Shown: in pieces, positions 46,867-57,679 of the stretch
How positions within the stretch are numbered: the stretch's first letter is position 1
How the letters are laid out: every line of letters starts with the position of its first letter
Origin: Pseudomonadota bacterium
GTDB taxonomy: Bacteria; Pseudomonadota; Gammaproteobacteria; Burkholderiales; Gallionellaceae
Length of the DNA: 64,000 nucleotides
Assembly: GCA_040390665.1 (NCBI GenBank)
Contig: JAZJXX010000019.1
Location: 76,254 to 140,253 of the forward strand
Reading direction: 5' to 3'
Notes under the pieces: model-generated
Told to the model about the DNA's origin: nothing
The model's database searches: none
Seen by the model: the letters and a program-made list of their open reading frames with translations, nothing else
Made by a program: the position numbers and the translations under genes

Positions 46867-48398
46867 ATCAGTGGCCTCCAGCTGATCTTCAGCTCAAACT
46901 GAGAAGACGTGGCAGCACTGTCATTTGCATCCGCGGTAATGCGTCCTTGCGGACTGAGGTCCAGAGGCATTGCCAGTGCCGTTACCAGGTGGCCGCGTTG
47001 CCGCAGCGTTTGCTGGAAGCGCTCCAGATAGTCCAGAGTGGCGCGGCGATTACCGGCAAAATTCTGCAGCTCACCATGCAGCGTTATCTCCGGTGTATTT
47101 GCGCCCATAGCGGCGGGTGTGGGTAACACCTGGGGCGGTGGTACCTGCCAAGCGAGTTTGTTGACCTGCAACGCCGGGAACTCTTCGAGGGTCTTGCTCA
47201 AGCTGCTGAATATCTGCCGCGGCGACGGGAATCGGGTGCGCAAATCGCGCGTCAGCAACACGGCGTTTTTCATATGGGCGACTTTGTCCATATCAGTGAT
47301 GCCTGCCATTTCGGCAGAAATCGCGGCGTCAATTTGATGCTTTTGACTGGTCAGAAAAGCAATCCCTGAATGTAGTGTCAGATTTGCCGCCAGAAGCCGA
47401 TTTTCCTGGTCGATGGTGGTAGTGCTCCAGACCAGGCTCGCTGACAGTACCAACACGCCTAACCATCGCAAGCCACGCCGGATTCTGAATAATCTGAAGA
47501 AATGGACGTGCTCCGCAGCGGCGTAATGGCGGGCCGGTGGGTGAGCTGCGAGCAGGCGAAGAAACAGCGGAGTTGCGTCGGCACCAAAATATTCTGAATC
47601 CGGGCCCGGCTTTTGCGCGGATGGTTGAATGTCGAGATAGGCGTAACGCAGGTCGGCGCTGTCACGCAGCTGGGCTTTCAGTTCAGGCTGGTCTTGCGGT
47701 GAACAAATAATCAGTACATCCAGAGCCTGATCGATGGAGAGCAGGTTCAAGCTATATAAATATTGCCGGGTACGCGCCAGTTCCGTAGCGATCACGTCAT
47801 GGAACATCTGGCTGCCGCCGAGCGGTGACAGGCGGGAAAACCGCAGCTGCCCTCCGGAAAAATAAGTTTGCCGCAAACCCGCCGCGTGTTCCCACGACAG
47901 CAATAATAAGCGCTCGGAAAAATGGTCTTTCAGCAGCTGTGCACTGATGCCCGAGATGGAATAAATTCCGGCCAGCAGTGTCCCTCTTTGTTGCAGAACG
48001 GCCAGCCAGGGCGCCAGCAGTGCGGGATTGGTCAGCGCGCACAATAGAATGTTGTCGTCTCGCCGCCCCGTTTTTTGACGTTGCAAAGGGAGCGCCAGGT
48101 GCAACGAGGTATCGCGGTAATATTGCTTGAGTTTCCGCTGAATCATTTCGGCACGCTCTTTATTGCGCAAATGCGGAATAGTCTCAACGCGAAAATCTTC
48201 CTCGATCAGATCAGTGAGCAGGTAGGCCGGGGCACGATGGCTGAGCAGGAAGGCAGAGAATTCTTCTCTGCCCGTCGCAGTATCAGCAAAATTTCGTGGC
48301 TCGGACAGCTTGCCCTTACTCCAGGTGCGGGCGTGGAAATGATCGGCCGCGAGGTAGAGCAGCGTTTTACGAGGCATAAGGCTGGCCTGCCAACGCAT
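46863..48398 (-). CDS. PilM/PilN-like (GspL-like) assembly protein
   Basis: Cytoplasmic actin-like N-domain, TM, periplasmic domain; operon position. Confidence 0.65.
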   Translation of the reverse strand: MRWQASLMPRKTLLYLAADHFHARTWSKGKLSEPRNFADTATGREEFSAFLLSHRAPAYLLTDLIEEDFRVETIPHLRNKERAEMIQRKLKQYYRDTSLHLALPLQRQKTGRRDDNILLCALTNPALLAPWLAVLQQRGTLLAGIYSISGISAQLLKDHFSERLLLLSWEHAAGLRQTYFSGGQLRFSRLSPLGGSQMFHDVIATELARTRQYLYSLNLLSIDQALDVLIICSPQDQPELKAQLRDSADLRYAYLDIQPSAQKPGPDSEYFGADATPLFLRLLAAHPPARHYAAAEHVHFFRLFRIRRGLRWLGVLVLSASLVWSTTTIDQENRLLAANLTLHSGIAFLTSQKHQIDAAISAEMAGITDMDKVAHMKNAVLLTRDLRTRFPSPRQIFSSLSKTLEEFPALQVNKLAWQVPPPQVLPTPAAMGANTPEITLHGELQNFAGNRRATLDYLERFQQTLRQRGHLVTALAMPLDLSPQGRITADANDSAATSSQFELKISWRPLM

Positions 48399-49618
48399 CA
48401 GACTTTTACCTTGGCGATGATGTCGTAAATCGGCGTGAGCACCGAGAGCATTACCCAGGCCAACAGCAGACCGACGATAATGGTCATCGTCGGCTCTATC
48501 ATGATCTGTACTTTTTTGATCGCGTCCTTTACGTCCCGGTCATAAAAATAGCTGATGTTGAGCAGCGCCAGATCGAGTTGGCCGGTAGTCTCGCCGACCT
48601 TAATCATGCGGATCACGAGCGGCGGAAACAGGCCGGTGTCGGCGAAACTCTGGGTGAGATTTTTGCCGGCGGCAATGTCTTCCGCTACTTGCTCAAGGCC
48701 GAATGAGATGACCTGGTTATTCGCCAGATTGCGCGAATTGGCGAGGCAATCGAGGATACCGATGCCCGAACTGTACATCATCGCGCAGGTATGGGCGAAA
48801 CGCGCCAGTATGATTTTTTGCAGGATGGGGCCGATGGGCCTCAGCTTCAGTTTGAGCCGGTCCAGCGGATAGTGCAGATCAGGCCTGAATTTCAGTGCCA
48901 GCCGGAACAGTATGTACGCTCCTGGCGGGAAGGCCGCGATCAGGTACCAGTAGTGCACGAACACACCTGAAGTGGCCAGCAGCACGCGTGTTTGCAGCGG
49001 CAGGCTTTGCCCCAGCGCATTGATGAAGCCGGCCAGTTGCGGTACCAGGTAGATCATCAGAAAAAAAGTGATGGCAGTGACGGTCAGCGTAATAATGACC
49101 GGATAGATCATCATGTTTTTTGTTTGCACCGCCAGCTCATCCTGCCATTTCAAGGAATTGGTGATCTGCCGAAACATTAGTTCCAGACGGCCGCTGGCCT
49201 CGCCCGCCGCGATCAGGCTGACCAGCACCTGATCAAACGCTCTGGGGTGTTGAGCCATTGCCTGGGATAAGGTGGCACCGTCCTGTATGGCCTCGACCAT
49301 GCTGGAAATCACACTGTGGAATTGCGCTGCGTCCATGCTGTCGCGTAAATCGGCCAGGCTATCCAAAAGTGGAACACCGGCGCTGGACAGCTGCTCCAGA
49401 TTGAAGAAAAAAGTGATCAGGTCGGTGCGCCTGATTTTGCCTAAACCAAACGGGAGTTTCAGTGCGTCTGCAATGCCGGAGTTGTTTATCCGTGCGGTAA
49501 TCAGCGCCAGACCGATCTGTTTGAGGCGGACTTCCAGATCCATTTCGTTGGCCGCGTCCTGCAGACCTGTTGCAATCACGCCATGCTGATTGACCGCCTT
49601 ATATACGTACAAAGTCAT
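48398..49618 (-). CDS. GspF/PilC-family platform protein
   Basis: SAGVPLLDSL, GEASGRL, GETTGQLD, EP. Confidence 0.93.
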   Translation of the reverse strand: MTLYVYKAVNQHGVIATGLQDAANEMDLEVRLKQIGLALITARINNSGIADALKLPFGLGKIRRTDLITFFFNLEQLSSAGVPLLDSLADLRDSMDAAQFHSVISSMVEAIQDGATLSQAMAQHPRAFDQVLVSLIAAGEASGRLELMFRQITNSLKWQDELAVQTKNMMIYPVIITLTVTAITFFLMIYLVPQLAGFINALGQSLPLQTRVLLATSGVFVHYWYLIAAFPPGAYILFRLALKFRPDLHYPLDRLKLKLRPIGPILQKIILARFAHTCAMMYSSGIGILDCLANSRNLANNQVISFGLEQVAEDIAAGKNLTQSFADTGLFPPLVIRMIKVGETTGQLDLALLNISYFYDRDVKDAIKKVQIMIEPTMTIIVGLLLAWVMLSVLTPIYDIIAKVKV

Positions 49619-49622
49619 TTGC

Positions 49623-51338
49623 TCAATTCATACGGTCAGTCAGGTCGACCACGCGGGCGACTTCTGCCAGCGAGGTGATGCCGAGCAGCGCATGGCGTAT
49701 GCCCTCCGCCGCGAGCGGACGGAAACCTTTTTCCAGCGCAGTCTTTTTCAGACTGCGTATGCTGGCCCGACAGGCCACCAGATCGTCCAGGTCGCTATCC
49801 ATCTTGAGCAGTTCCATAATCGCGATGCGGCCGCTATAACCCGTCTGGTGACACAGCGTGCACCCGGCGGCGCGGCACAGTTGGATGTCTTCGTCATGCG
49901 AAATACCCAGCATTTGGTATTCCAGCGCATCGGGGCGCTGGGAATATTTGCATTGTGGGCACAGCACCCGCACCAGGCGCTGTGCGATAATGCCTATGAT
50001 ATTGCCGGCCATGATATCCGGCAGAATTCCGATGTCGAGCAGCCGTGGTATGGCACCGATGGCCGAATTGGTGTGCAGCGTCGAATAAACCTGATGGCCG
50101 GTCATTGCGGCGCGGAAAGCCATTTCTGCGGTGGCATGGTCGCGTATTTCCCCGACCAGAATAATGTCGGGATCCTGCCGCATGATGGAGCGTATGCCGC
50201 TGACAAAATCGAGCTTGGCCGTTTCGTTTACCGAGGTCTGGCGGATAAGCGGAACCGGGTATTCGACCGGGTCTTCCAGAGTCATGATATTCACCGACTC
50301 GGTGTTAACGTGATTCAGGATTGAATACAGCGTGGTGGTTTTGCCGCAGCCGGTCGGGCCGGTGACCAGCACTATGCCCTCGGGCTTGGCAACGATCAGC
50401 TTGAGCGTATGCAGTGCTTTCTCGTCCAGGCCGATCTGCTCGATCGGAACAATTCCTTTTTGCCGATCCAGGATGCGCAGCACCACATTCTCGCCGTGCG
50501 CGGTCGGATGCGACGCAACACGGAAGTCTATCGGACGGCCGGACAGGCGCAGCGTAAGGCGGCCATCCTGCGGTGCGCGGGTTTCCGCAATATTCATCTC
50601 GCATAGCACCTTCAGGCGCACCACCATCGCCGGCCAGAAACTCTTGTGCAGGCTGTGCACCTGGCGCAGCACACCGTCGATGCGGTAACGGATGCGCAGA
50701 AAGCTGATTTCCGGCTCGAAATGTATATCTGACGCGTTGAATTTCACCGCTTCGGTAAGCAGCGCATTAATCAGGCGCACCACTGGATGGCTGAATTCAT
50801 TTACCCCGGCCCGCGACGGATGATGCGTCGTTTCGTTCGGCTGGATCTCGTGCAGTATGCCGTCGATCGATTGCACCGAACCATAGTGCTGGTCGATGGC
50901 GCACATAATGGCGGACTCTCCGGCCTGCTGTGGAATAACCCGCAGATCCTTAATCAACGCGTGCAATTGGTCGAGCGCGATAACATTGCACGGATCGGCC
51001 ATCGCCACAGTGAGCGTACTTTCCGATACGTTCAACGACAATGGCAGCAGCTGATAGCGGCGCGCGATTTCCTGCGGGATTAATTGAATGGCAGCCGGAT
51101 CAACGGGTACGGTCGCGACATCCACGCTTTCCTGCCCTAGCCTTTCCGACAGCACATCACGGATCACTGATTCGGACAGAAACCCCATGCCCACCAGCAA
51201 TCGTCCCAATGGCTGGTGGTTGCGCTTCTGTTCCTGGATAGCAATGCGGAGCTGATCTTCACTGATCGCGCCCTTTTCCAGCAGACGGTAGCCAATAGGT
51301 TTTTGTTTATGCGGAGCCGGGTAAGTAATTTTGTCCAT
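49623..51338 (-). CDS. GspE/PilB-family assembly ATPase
   Basis: GPTGCGKTTTLY, TLEDPVEY, RQDPDIILVGEIRD, CxxC. Confidence 0.95.
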   Translation of the reverse strand: MDKITYPAPHKQKPIGYRLLEKGAISEDQLRIAIQEQKRNHQPLGRLLVGMGFLSESVIRDVLSERLGQESVDVATVPVDPAAIQLIPQEIARRYQLLPLSLNVSESTLTVAMADPCNVIALDQLHALIKDLRVIPQQAGESAIMCAIDQHYGSVQSIDGILHEIQPNETTHHPSRAGVNEFSHPVVRLINALLTEAVKFNASDIHFEPEISFLRIRYRIDGVLRQVHSLHKSFWPAMVVRLKVLCEMNIAETRAPQDGRLTLRLSGRPIDFRVASHPTAHGENVVLRILDRQKGIVPIEQIGLDEKALHTLKLIVAKPEGIVLVTGPTGCGKTTTLYSILNHVNTESVNIMTLEDPVEYPVPLIRQTSVNETAKLDFVSGIRSIMRQDPDIILVGEIRDHATAEMAFRAAMTGHQVYSTLHTNSAIGAIPRLLDIGILPDIMAGNIIGIIAQRLVRVLCPQCKYSQRPDALEYQMLGISHDEDIQLCRAAGCTLCHQTGYSGRIAIMELLKMDSDLDDLVACRASIRSLKKTALEKGFRPLAAEGIRHALLGITSLAEVARVVDLTDRMN

Positions 51339-52328
51339 TTAAGGTCCGCTAAGCTGGTGCAGTCGCTGATCGATGGATGCTTTATCGAAACCGGTGTTCA
51401 CGGAAAGCCTGTCCGCCCGGTCCAATTGCAGTGCGCGGCGATAATACTGGGCGGAAAGCGGACGTTGCCCCAGATGGTCCAGACTGACGGCCAGGTTGAA
51501 CGCGAATTCGGCATTGTCCGGCTCCAGAGCGCTGGCGCTGAAATAGACTTGCTGAGCTTCGCTCCAGCGCGATTGCCGGGCGTAGAGATTGCCCAGCGTA
51601 AAATACAGCGGTGCTGCCTCGGGATGTCGGGAAAGCAGAGCTTTTAAACGGTGTTCGCTACCTTCGAGGTCGCTGTTATCAAGCAGAGCATACAGCCCGG
51701 CATGCGCGATGGGGTCTTGCGGATCCAGCGTCAGTACCTGGCCGTAGTAGCGCAGCGCCAGAACGTCATTCGATTGCTGCTGCTCCACTGCGGCCATACC
51801 CAGCAGTGCGTCCCGGCTGGGGCCGCCGCCTGCCTTATTCAGCACTGAAGTATAAAGTTCTCCGGCGGCTACATAATTCCCGGCGCGGTAAGCTTGGTAG
51901 GCCGCCAGTAGAATTGGATCGATCGGTTCGATAGTCGGATTTTTCTCAATACGGATAGGCGGGGCGGAATTGCGCACGGTAGAAATGAGGGCGGTGTCGC
52001 CTGGCCGTCCTGGGTCGACCCGCTGAGCTGCAGGTTTGGGCAGCCTCGGTAGCGCAGCTGAGCGCGGTTGCGTAATCGGGACCGGCTCTGGTATTTCAGC
52101 GATGTCTTGGGGTATGGCTGCATGGGCCGGAGGGGACGCAACCACCGGCGCTGCATTCCAGTCAGAATGGCCGCTCACTGGCAACGCAGAGGTTTCGTGC
52201 CAGACAAAAAGTCCTCCGGCGCCCGCCAGCATGCATGAGCTAATAAGTATCGCCGGGAATATTCCAATCCGGCCCGACGCCCGGTGATGGACAGCTGTAG
52301 GACCTCTTGGGATGCCTGTCATGATCAC
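51339..52328 (-). CDS. TPR protein (MshN-like)
   Basis: TM plus Pro-rich linker plus TPRs (FNLAVSLDHLGQ). Confidence 0.8.
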   Translation of the reverse strand: MIMTGIPRGPTAVHHRASGRIGIFPAILISSCMLAGAGGLFVWHETSALPVSGHSDWNAAPVVASPPAHAAIPQDIAEIPEPVPITQPRSAALPRLPKPAAQRVDPGRPGDTALISTVRNSAPPIRIEKNPTIEPIDPILLAAYQAYRAGNYVAAGELYTSVLNKAGGGPSRDALLGMAAVEQQQSNDVLALRYYGQVLTLDPQDPIAHAGLYALLDNSDLEGSEHRLKALLSRHPEAAPLYFTLGNLYARQSRWSEAQQVYFSASALEPDNAEFAFNLAVSLDHLGQRPLSAQYYRRALQLDRADRLSVNTGFDKASIDQRLHQLSGP

Positions 52329-52388
52329 GCAGTCTGTGCCGGCTGCGGCTCGAATAACGATATTGGCGCTGATATTCTCTCCATGAGT

Positions 52389-54152
52389 TCAGCGGGCCTC
52401 TGCGCCAGGCTGGAAGAAACGTGCATCAGGCAAAGCGTCGCGAAAATTTCTGAAGTCGCCGGCCAGGCTGGCATCCTTGAGTACCACCGGATGCAGGAAA
52501 ATGACCAGTTCCGATTTTTGCATCGTATCGTTGCGGTTCATGAACAGGTTCCCTGCCAGCGGGATTTGCGATAGCGCAGGGATGCCGTCGGATAATTTAT
52601 GGTTTTCCTCCTGCATCAGTCCACCCATCACCGCGATCTGATTGCTTTCAATCTTCAGTACCGACTCCATCTCACGCGTTTGAGTCTGCGGAATGCGGCT
52701 GACGACATGGGCTTGAGCGAGATCCGGATTTGGGTCGTTGACATAGCCGATCAGGCGCGAAATAGAGGGGCGCAGATTAAGCAGCACCGTATCTTTGTCG
52801 CTGATCTGCGGTGTCACGCTCATGGTGAAGCCGATCGGGACGGTGTTGGGCGTAGTGGCAAATGTGCTGAATGCCGCGCTGGTTGAGGTCGGGGCCGTGG
52901 TGGTGGTATTGATGATGAAGTACACCAGGTTGTCCACTACCCGTAACATCGCGGTCTGGTTATTCATCACGCTGAGTGTTGGGCTGGACAAAACCTTTAC
53001 TTTGCCGAAGGACTCGAGCAGTGAAACCTGGGCGCTCAGATTGCCGACCCAGGAAGTCGGGTTAACATAATCGAGCAAAAATATGCTGCCGGTATTGGTC
53101 GTCGGCAGTCCCGGCGTTGCCGCTTGAGTCAGCTGCAGACCGTTGCCCGCGCGCATTCTGGACCAGTTGATGCCCTGTTGATACTGGTCATTCAACACTA
53201 CTTCGATGACTGTCGCCTCGATCAATACCTGGCGCCTCACGCTGGCCATGATCTGATCAATGAATTCCGAAATTTTTTCGTGTTGCCTGCCGGTGGCGCG
53301 CACCGTAACAATCCCGCTTTCCGGATTGGAGATGACCGCCGCCGCTTCGCGGAAAGTACTGGTGCGCGTTACGGTGGTGGCGCCTTCCTGCACGTTGGCG
53401 GGGTGAGGGCTGCTTTCTATACCGGGTAATTTGGCTGATTTTTTGCCTGAAGCGGGCTGCACTCCAGTACCGCTGGTGCTGATGGCGGTATTCTGCTGCA
53501 CCACCATTTCACTCGAGCCGGCCGGCAAAATCTTATCCGTTTCGCGCAGGATGTCCTTGATATTCTGAGTGAGCGTTTCCCAGAAATGATTTTTGGAAGT
53601 GTTTCTAATGGTAAGGGCGGAATTGTTGCCAGGGACACTGCCTGATGAATTATTGGGAGATGCGGAGCCCACCTGGGTGGCGTTGGAGATTGCGCCTTCC
53701 GATTCGCGCGCCATATTTACATAGTCAATTTTGTAATGCTTCAGATAGGGTGTATCGGGCATTACCGTTAAACTGTGGCCGTCCAGCTCATGCCGCATGT
53801 CCACCTGCCTGGCGATACGATGAAGAATGCGCGGCAGGGTCTGGTTGATGGCATTCAGCGTGACCGTGCCTGCTATGCCATTATGGATGTCGAGATTCAG
53901 GTTTGCGTCGCGCGCTAAGGCGAACAAAATTTCCTGTACCGGGACCTGGCTGACGACTACGCTGTAAGTCTCGATTTTAGGGGCGGCTACAGGAGGGGGA
54001 AGCGGGATGGAGCGTTGGATAACCGGAAAGATATCGTGATCCTGTGGCGTTTTGTTATTTCCGTACTGTGCAACGGGCTGGACCGGATGGGCGGCGCAAG
54101 CCATCAGTAGAAGGCAGCTGTAGTGGGTCCACCCTCCTTTGCTGTGTGCCAT
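52389..54152 (-). CDS. Outer-membrane secretin (MshL/GspD-like lipoprotein)
   Basis: LLLMAC lipobox, RQVLIEATVIEV, KVLSSP, secretin core. Confidence 0.92.
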   Translation of the reverse strand: MAHSKGGWTHYSCLLLMACAAHPVQPVAQYGNNKTPQDHDIFPVIQRSIPLPPPVAAPKIETYSVVVSQVPVQEILFALARDANLNLDIHNGIAGTVTLNAINQTLPRILHRIARQVDMRHELDGHSLTVMPDTPYLKHYKIDYVNMARESEGAISNATQVGSASPNNSSGSVPGNNSALTIRNTSKNHFWETLTQNIKDILRETDKILPAGSSEMVVQQNTAISTSGTGVQPASGKKSAKLPGIESSPHPANVQEGATTVTRTSTFREAAAVISNPESGIVTVRATGRQHEKISEFIDQIMASVRRQVLIEATVIEVVLNDQYQQGINWSRMRAGNGLQLTQAATPGLPTTNTGSIFLLDYVNPTSWVGNLSAQVSLLESFGKVKVLSSPTLSVMNNQTAMLRVVDNLVYFIINTTTTAPTSTSAAFSTFATTPNTVPIGFTMSVTPQISDKDTVLLNLRPSISRLIGYVNDPNPDLAQAHVVSRIPQTQTREMESVLKIESNQIAVMGGLMQEENHKLSDGIPALSQIPLAGNLFMNRNDTMQKSELVIFLHPVVLKDASLAGDFRNFRDALPDARFFQPGAEAR

Positions 54153-54416
54153 ATATCGTTACCGACCCGGGTGGTTTACGGATATGCGTCTTGTGCGCAG
54201 TTCTAACCAACAGGGCACTATTCTACAAATGGATCAAACATTAACCAGCTGACAGAAATGATAGGTTTAGCCATAAGAGTGCGCTAAGTTACCGAGCGCA
54301 CTGAGCCCGAGCCTGATTAGCCTATGATGAGGCGCGTGTTCAGACTGCTCCCTAACATTATAGATACCGTGGCACCGCTTTCGCGCACGGATGCATAACG
54401 AAATCACCAGGAGACT

Positions 54417-54839
54417 ATGCGCTATACCTTACTTTTGCTCGCGGCTGTTTCGTCACCCTGTATTGCGGTTGATATGCAACCTGGTTTGTGGGAGGTTAAC
54501 GTGGATAACCGATCGGTCGTTTTCCCCGATCTTCCCCTTGAACCGGTCAAAGTGCAGCGCTGCGTCAGCGCAGAGGATGCGCGTGACCCGACCAAGGTGC
54601 TCGGAGATGCGGTCAACCAGGACGCGTCCAATTGCGTTTATACCGAGAAGACCTTTTCCGGAAATATGTTTCATTTCAAGGCGCGCTGCACCGGAACGGT
54701 TGCGCTTGATGTGGGCGGGGAAATTACTTATACGGCGACATCGTTCAGTGGAGCATTGATGTCCGATGTAGACATGGGCGACCAGAAAATGCAGTTTCAG
54801 AATAATGTTACCGGCCGTCGGCTGGGCGGATGCTCATGA
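54417..54839 (+). CDS. DUF3617-like secreted protein
   Basis: Signal peptide, MQPGLWEV, Cys pairs, GRRLGGC end. Confidence 0.8.
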   Translation: MRYTLLLLAAVSSPCIAVDMQPGLWEVNVDNRSVVFPDLPLEPVKVQRCVSAEDARDPTKVLGDAVNQDASNCVYTEKTFSGNMFHFKARCTGTVALDVGGEITYTATSFSGALMSDVDMGDQKMQFQNNVTGRRLGGCS

Positions 54840-54896
54840 CCGTCAGCTAACCCACGGCAGATTGACGCGCCGCGCACAATCCATTGAAGGAATCCA

Positions 54897-55529
54897 ATGT
54901 TGCACTGGGAGGATTATGCAAAAATATTCATGGCGCTGATGGTAATCGTGAATCCCCTGAGCGCCATTCCGCTGTTTGTAAGTATGACCGCCGGCAATAC
55001 TGCAGACGAAAGAAAAAATATTGCGCGGGTGGCCAGTATTTCGGTCGGGGTAGTGCTGGTCGTGGCGGCGTTGCTGGGCCAGCCGATGTTGCTTTTTTTT
55101 GGTATTACGATCGCTTCATTCAAAGTGGGTGGAGCGATCCTCATTCTGCTAATGGCGATTTCGATGATGTATGCGACAACCGGCAGGGAGAAGCAGACCC
55201 CGGAGGAAGCCAAAGCCGCGGAGGTTAAAGAAAATATAGCTGTGGTACCGCTGGCAATACCGTTGCTCTCCGGCCCGGGTGCGATTTCGACCACGATCAT
55301 TTATGCGACCGAACGTTCATCGCCGGCCCATCTTGTTGCACTTATTGCATGTTGCACGATGGTGGCGGTGGCGACCTGGATTGCGCTCAGAGTGGCCGAG
55401 CCGGTTAGCAGGATGCTGGGAGAAACCGGGGTAAATATTGCAATACGGCTGATGGGATTATTGCTGGCTGCAGTCGCGGTCGAAATATTCACCAGCGGAC
55501 TGGTGGTTTTACTGCCGGGGTTGAAGTGA
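54897..55529 (+). CDS. MarC family membrane protein
   Basis: VNPLSAIP, VPLAIPLLSGPG, RLMGLLL. Confidence 0.92.
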   Translation: MLHWEDYAKIFMALMVIVNPLSAIPLFVSMTAGNTADERKNIARVASISVGVVLVVAALLGQPMLLFFGITIASFKVGGAILILLMAISMMYATTGREKQTPEEAKAAEVKENIAVVPLAIPLLSGPGAISTTIIYATERSSPAHLVALIACCTMVAVATWIALRVAEPVSRMLGETGVNIAIRLMGLLLAAVAVEIFTSGLVVLLPGLK

Positions 55530-55617
55530 GCAGGCCAATACACAGATAGCGTAAGTTGGATTAAACAGGAGCGTAGTTTAGAATGCGGTACTTGAAATCA
55601 ATCCCAGGCATATCTTT

Positions 55618-56418
55618 GTGTCCTCAGCGCTAGTAGAAATCCGGGACGTTAACTTTTCCTACGACACCCGTCCGGTTCTGAATGGAATCAATATGACTTT
55701 TCCGAAGGGAAAGGTTATTGCCATTATGGGCGGAAGCGGATGCGGCAAGACCACACTGTTCCGCATCATAGGCGGCGCGTTGAAGCCGACCCGGGGTGAG
55801 GTGAAAGTTGATGGCCAGGTAATTCATCAGCTGGATCGCCAGGGGCTGTATGCGATGCGCCGCCGGATGGGCGTGCTGTTTCAGTTCGGTGCGCTGTTTA
55901 CTGACATGTCGGTGTTTGACAATGTCGCCTTTCAGATGCGCGAACATACCGATCTGCCGGAAGAAATTATTCGCGATCTGGTCATGATGAAGCTGCATGC
56001 GGTAGGTTTGCGTGGCACCCATAATTTAATGCCGGCGGAGCTGTCCGGCGGCATGGCGCGGCGTGTAGCGCTGGCGCGTACGGTGGCGCTGGATCCCATG
56101 CTGATACTTTATGACGAACCCTTTGCCGGGCTTGATCCCATTTCGCTCAGCGTGGTGGGCAACCTGATCCGGCGTTTGAATGACGCGCTGGGCGGGACTT
56201 CGGTGGTGGTGACGCATGACGTGCAGGAGTCGCTGAAAATAGTCGACTATATATATTTTATCGCCAATGGGGTGATCGTAGCCGAAGGAACGCCCGATGA
56301 AATCCGCGCTTCCGATATGCCGTTCGTGCGCCAGTTCGTGCACGGTGAAATTGATGGGCCGGTACCGTTCCATTATCCCGGCGGCGACTATAAGCGGGAT
56401 CTGGAAGTGAGCGCTTGA
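55618..56418 (+). CDS. mlaF: MlaF ATPase
   Basis: GGSGCGKT, ELSGGMARRVALAR, YDEPFAG. Confidence 0.93.
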   Translation: MSSALVEIRDVNFSYDTRPVLNGINMTFPKGKVIAIMGGSGCGKTTLFRIIGGALKPTRGEVKVDGQVIHQLDRQGLYAMRRRMGVLFQFGALFTDMSVFDNVAFQMREHTDLPEEIIRDLVMMKLHAVGLRGTHNLMPAELSGGMARRVALARTVALDPMLILYDEPFAGLDPISLSVVGNLIRRLNDALGGTSVVVTHDVQESLKIVDYIYFIANGVIVAEGTPDEIRASDMPFVRQFVHGEIDGPVPFHYPGGDYKRDLEVSA

Positions 56419-57203
56419 TGCTGGGCAGATTTTTGAAAGCGGTCGGCCACCGGACCGTGGAAGCGGTGTGGCGTTTCGGCTTTGCGGTACGTTTTCTGGT
56501 GCTGACCCTGTTCTATTCCGCCACCAGTTTCCGGCGTTTCCGGCTGACGGTAAATGAGATATTTTCTGCCGGCGTGATGTCGCTGATTATCATTCTGGTG
56601 GCAGGCATGTTCGTCGGTATGGTGCTGGGCCTGCAGGGTTACGAAACGCTTAAGCGCTACGGTTCCGAATCTGCGCTGGGGTCCCTGGTGGCGCTGAGCC
56701 TGGTGCGTGAACTGGGGCCGGTGCTGGCGGCGCTGCTGTTCGCCAGTCGCGCCGGTTCGGCTATGACTGCTGAAATCGGCTTGATGAAAGCCACCGAGCA
56801 GATCGCCGCAATGGAAATGATGGCGGTTAATTCGATTGGACGCGTGGTGGCGCCGCGTTTCTGGGCCGGTGTTATATCGATGCCACTGCTTGCGGCGTTG
56901 TTCTCCGCAATGGGGGTGTTCGGCGGCTATCTGGTCGGGGTCGTGCTGATAGGCGTGGACGCCGGATCGTTCTGGTCGCAAATGCAGGCCACGGTGGACT
57001 TCCGTCACGATGTATTGAACGGCGTGCTGAAAAGTTTTGTGTTTGGCCTGGCGGTAACAGCGATTGCGCTATTTGAAGGCTACGATGCGCCTCCCACTGC
57101 GGAGGGTGTGTCCGGGGCAACTACACGCACGGTGGTGCAATCGTCGCTGGCCATTTTAATTCTGGATTTTCTTTTGACTGCATTCATGTTTCGAGGAGCA
57201 TAG
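56418..57203 (+). CDS. mlaE: MlaE permease
   Basis: RELGPV, GSAMTAEIGLMKATEQ. Confidence 0.95.
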   Translation: MLGRFLKAVGHRTVEAVWRFGFAVRFLVLTLFYSATSFRRFRLTVNEIFSAGVMSLIIILVAGMFVGMVLGLQGYETLKRYGSESALGSLVALSLVRELGPVLAALLFASRAGSAMTAEIGLMKATEQIAAMEMMAVNSIGRVVAPRFWAGVISMPLLAALFSAMGVFGGYLVGVVLIGVDAGSFWSQMQATVDFRHDVLNGVLKSFVFGLAVTAIALFEGYDAPPTAEGVSGATTRTVVQSSLAILILDFLLTAFMFRGA

Positions 57204-57204
57204 T

Positions 57205-57666
57205 ATGGAACGCACCACGCTGGATTTATGGGTAGGTGTATTTGTGATTGCAGGCGTCGCAGCGCTGGTTGTTTTGGCGCTGAAGGTGGGCAATCTGAGC
57301 ACCTATAACGTGACCGAGGCTTATCAGCTGCAAGCGCATTTTTCGAATATCGGCGGGCTGAAACCACAGGCGTCGATCAAAAGCGCAGGTGTGCTTGTAG
57401 GCCGGGTCACCGGTATTACGCTGGACCCGGCAAATTATGAGGCCAAAGTCACAATGAGCATAGACAAACGTTATCAGTTTCCCAAGGATACCTTTGCCAA
57501 TATTCTGACCTCCGGTTTGCTTGGCGAGCAGTACATTGGCTTTGTGGCTGGTGGCGATGAGCACATGCTGGCGAATGGGGACGAAGTGAAGAAAACCCAG
57601 TCCGCCATGGTGCTGGAAGATTTAATAGGCAAGTTCTTATATAGCAAGGCCGAGAGCACTAATTAA
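57205..57666 (+). CDS. mlaD: MlaD MCE protein
   Basis: NIGGLK..A.VKSAGV.VGRV, TSGLLGEQYI. Confidence 0.95.
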   Translation: MERTTLDLWVGVFVIAGVAALVVLALKVGNLSTYNVTEAYQLQAHFSNIGGLKPQASIKSAGVLVGRVTGITLDPANYEAKVTMSIDKRYQFPKDTFANILTSGLLGEQYIGFVAGGDEHMLANGDEVKKTQSAMVLEDLIGKFLYSKAESTN

Positions 57667-57679
57667 TCAGGGGACGACA

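Noticed and set aside
54349-54400. CCTAAC...hairpin...GCATAAC resembling an attC
   Set aside because: The two core sites have the same orientation, so they cannot form R''/R'.
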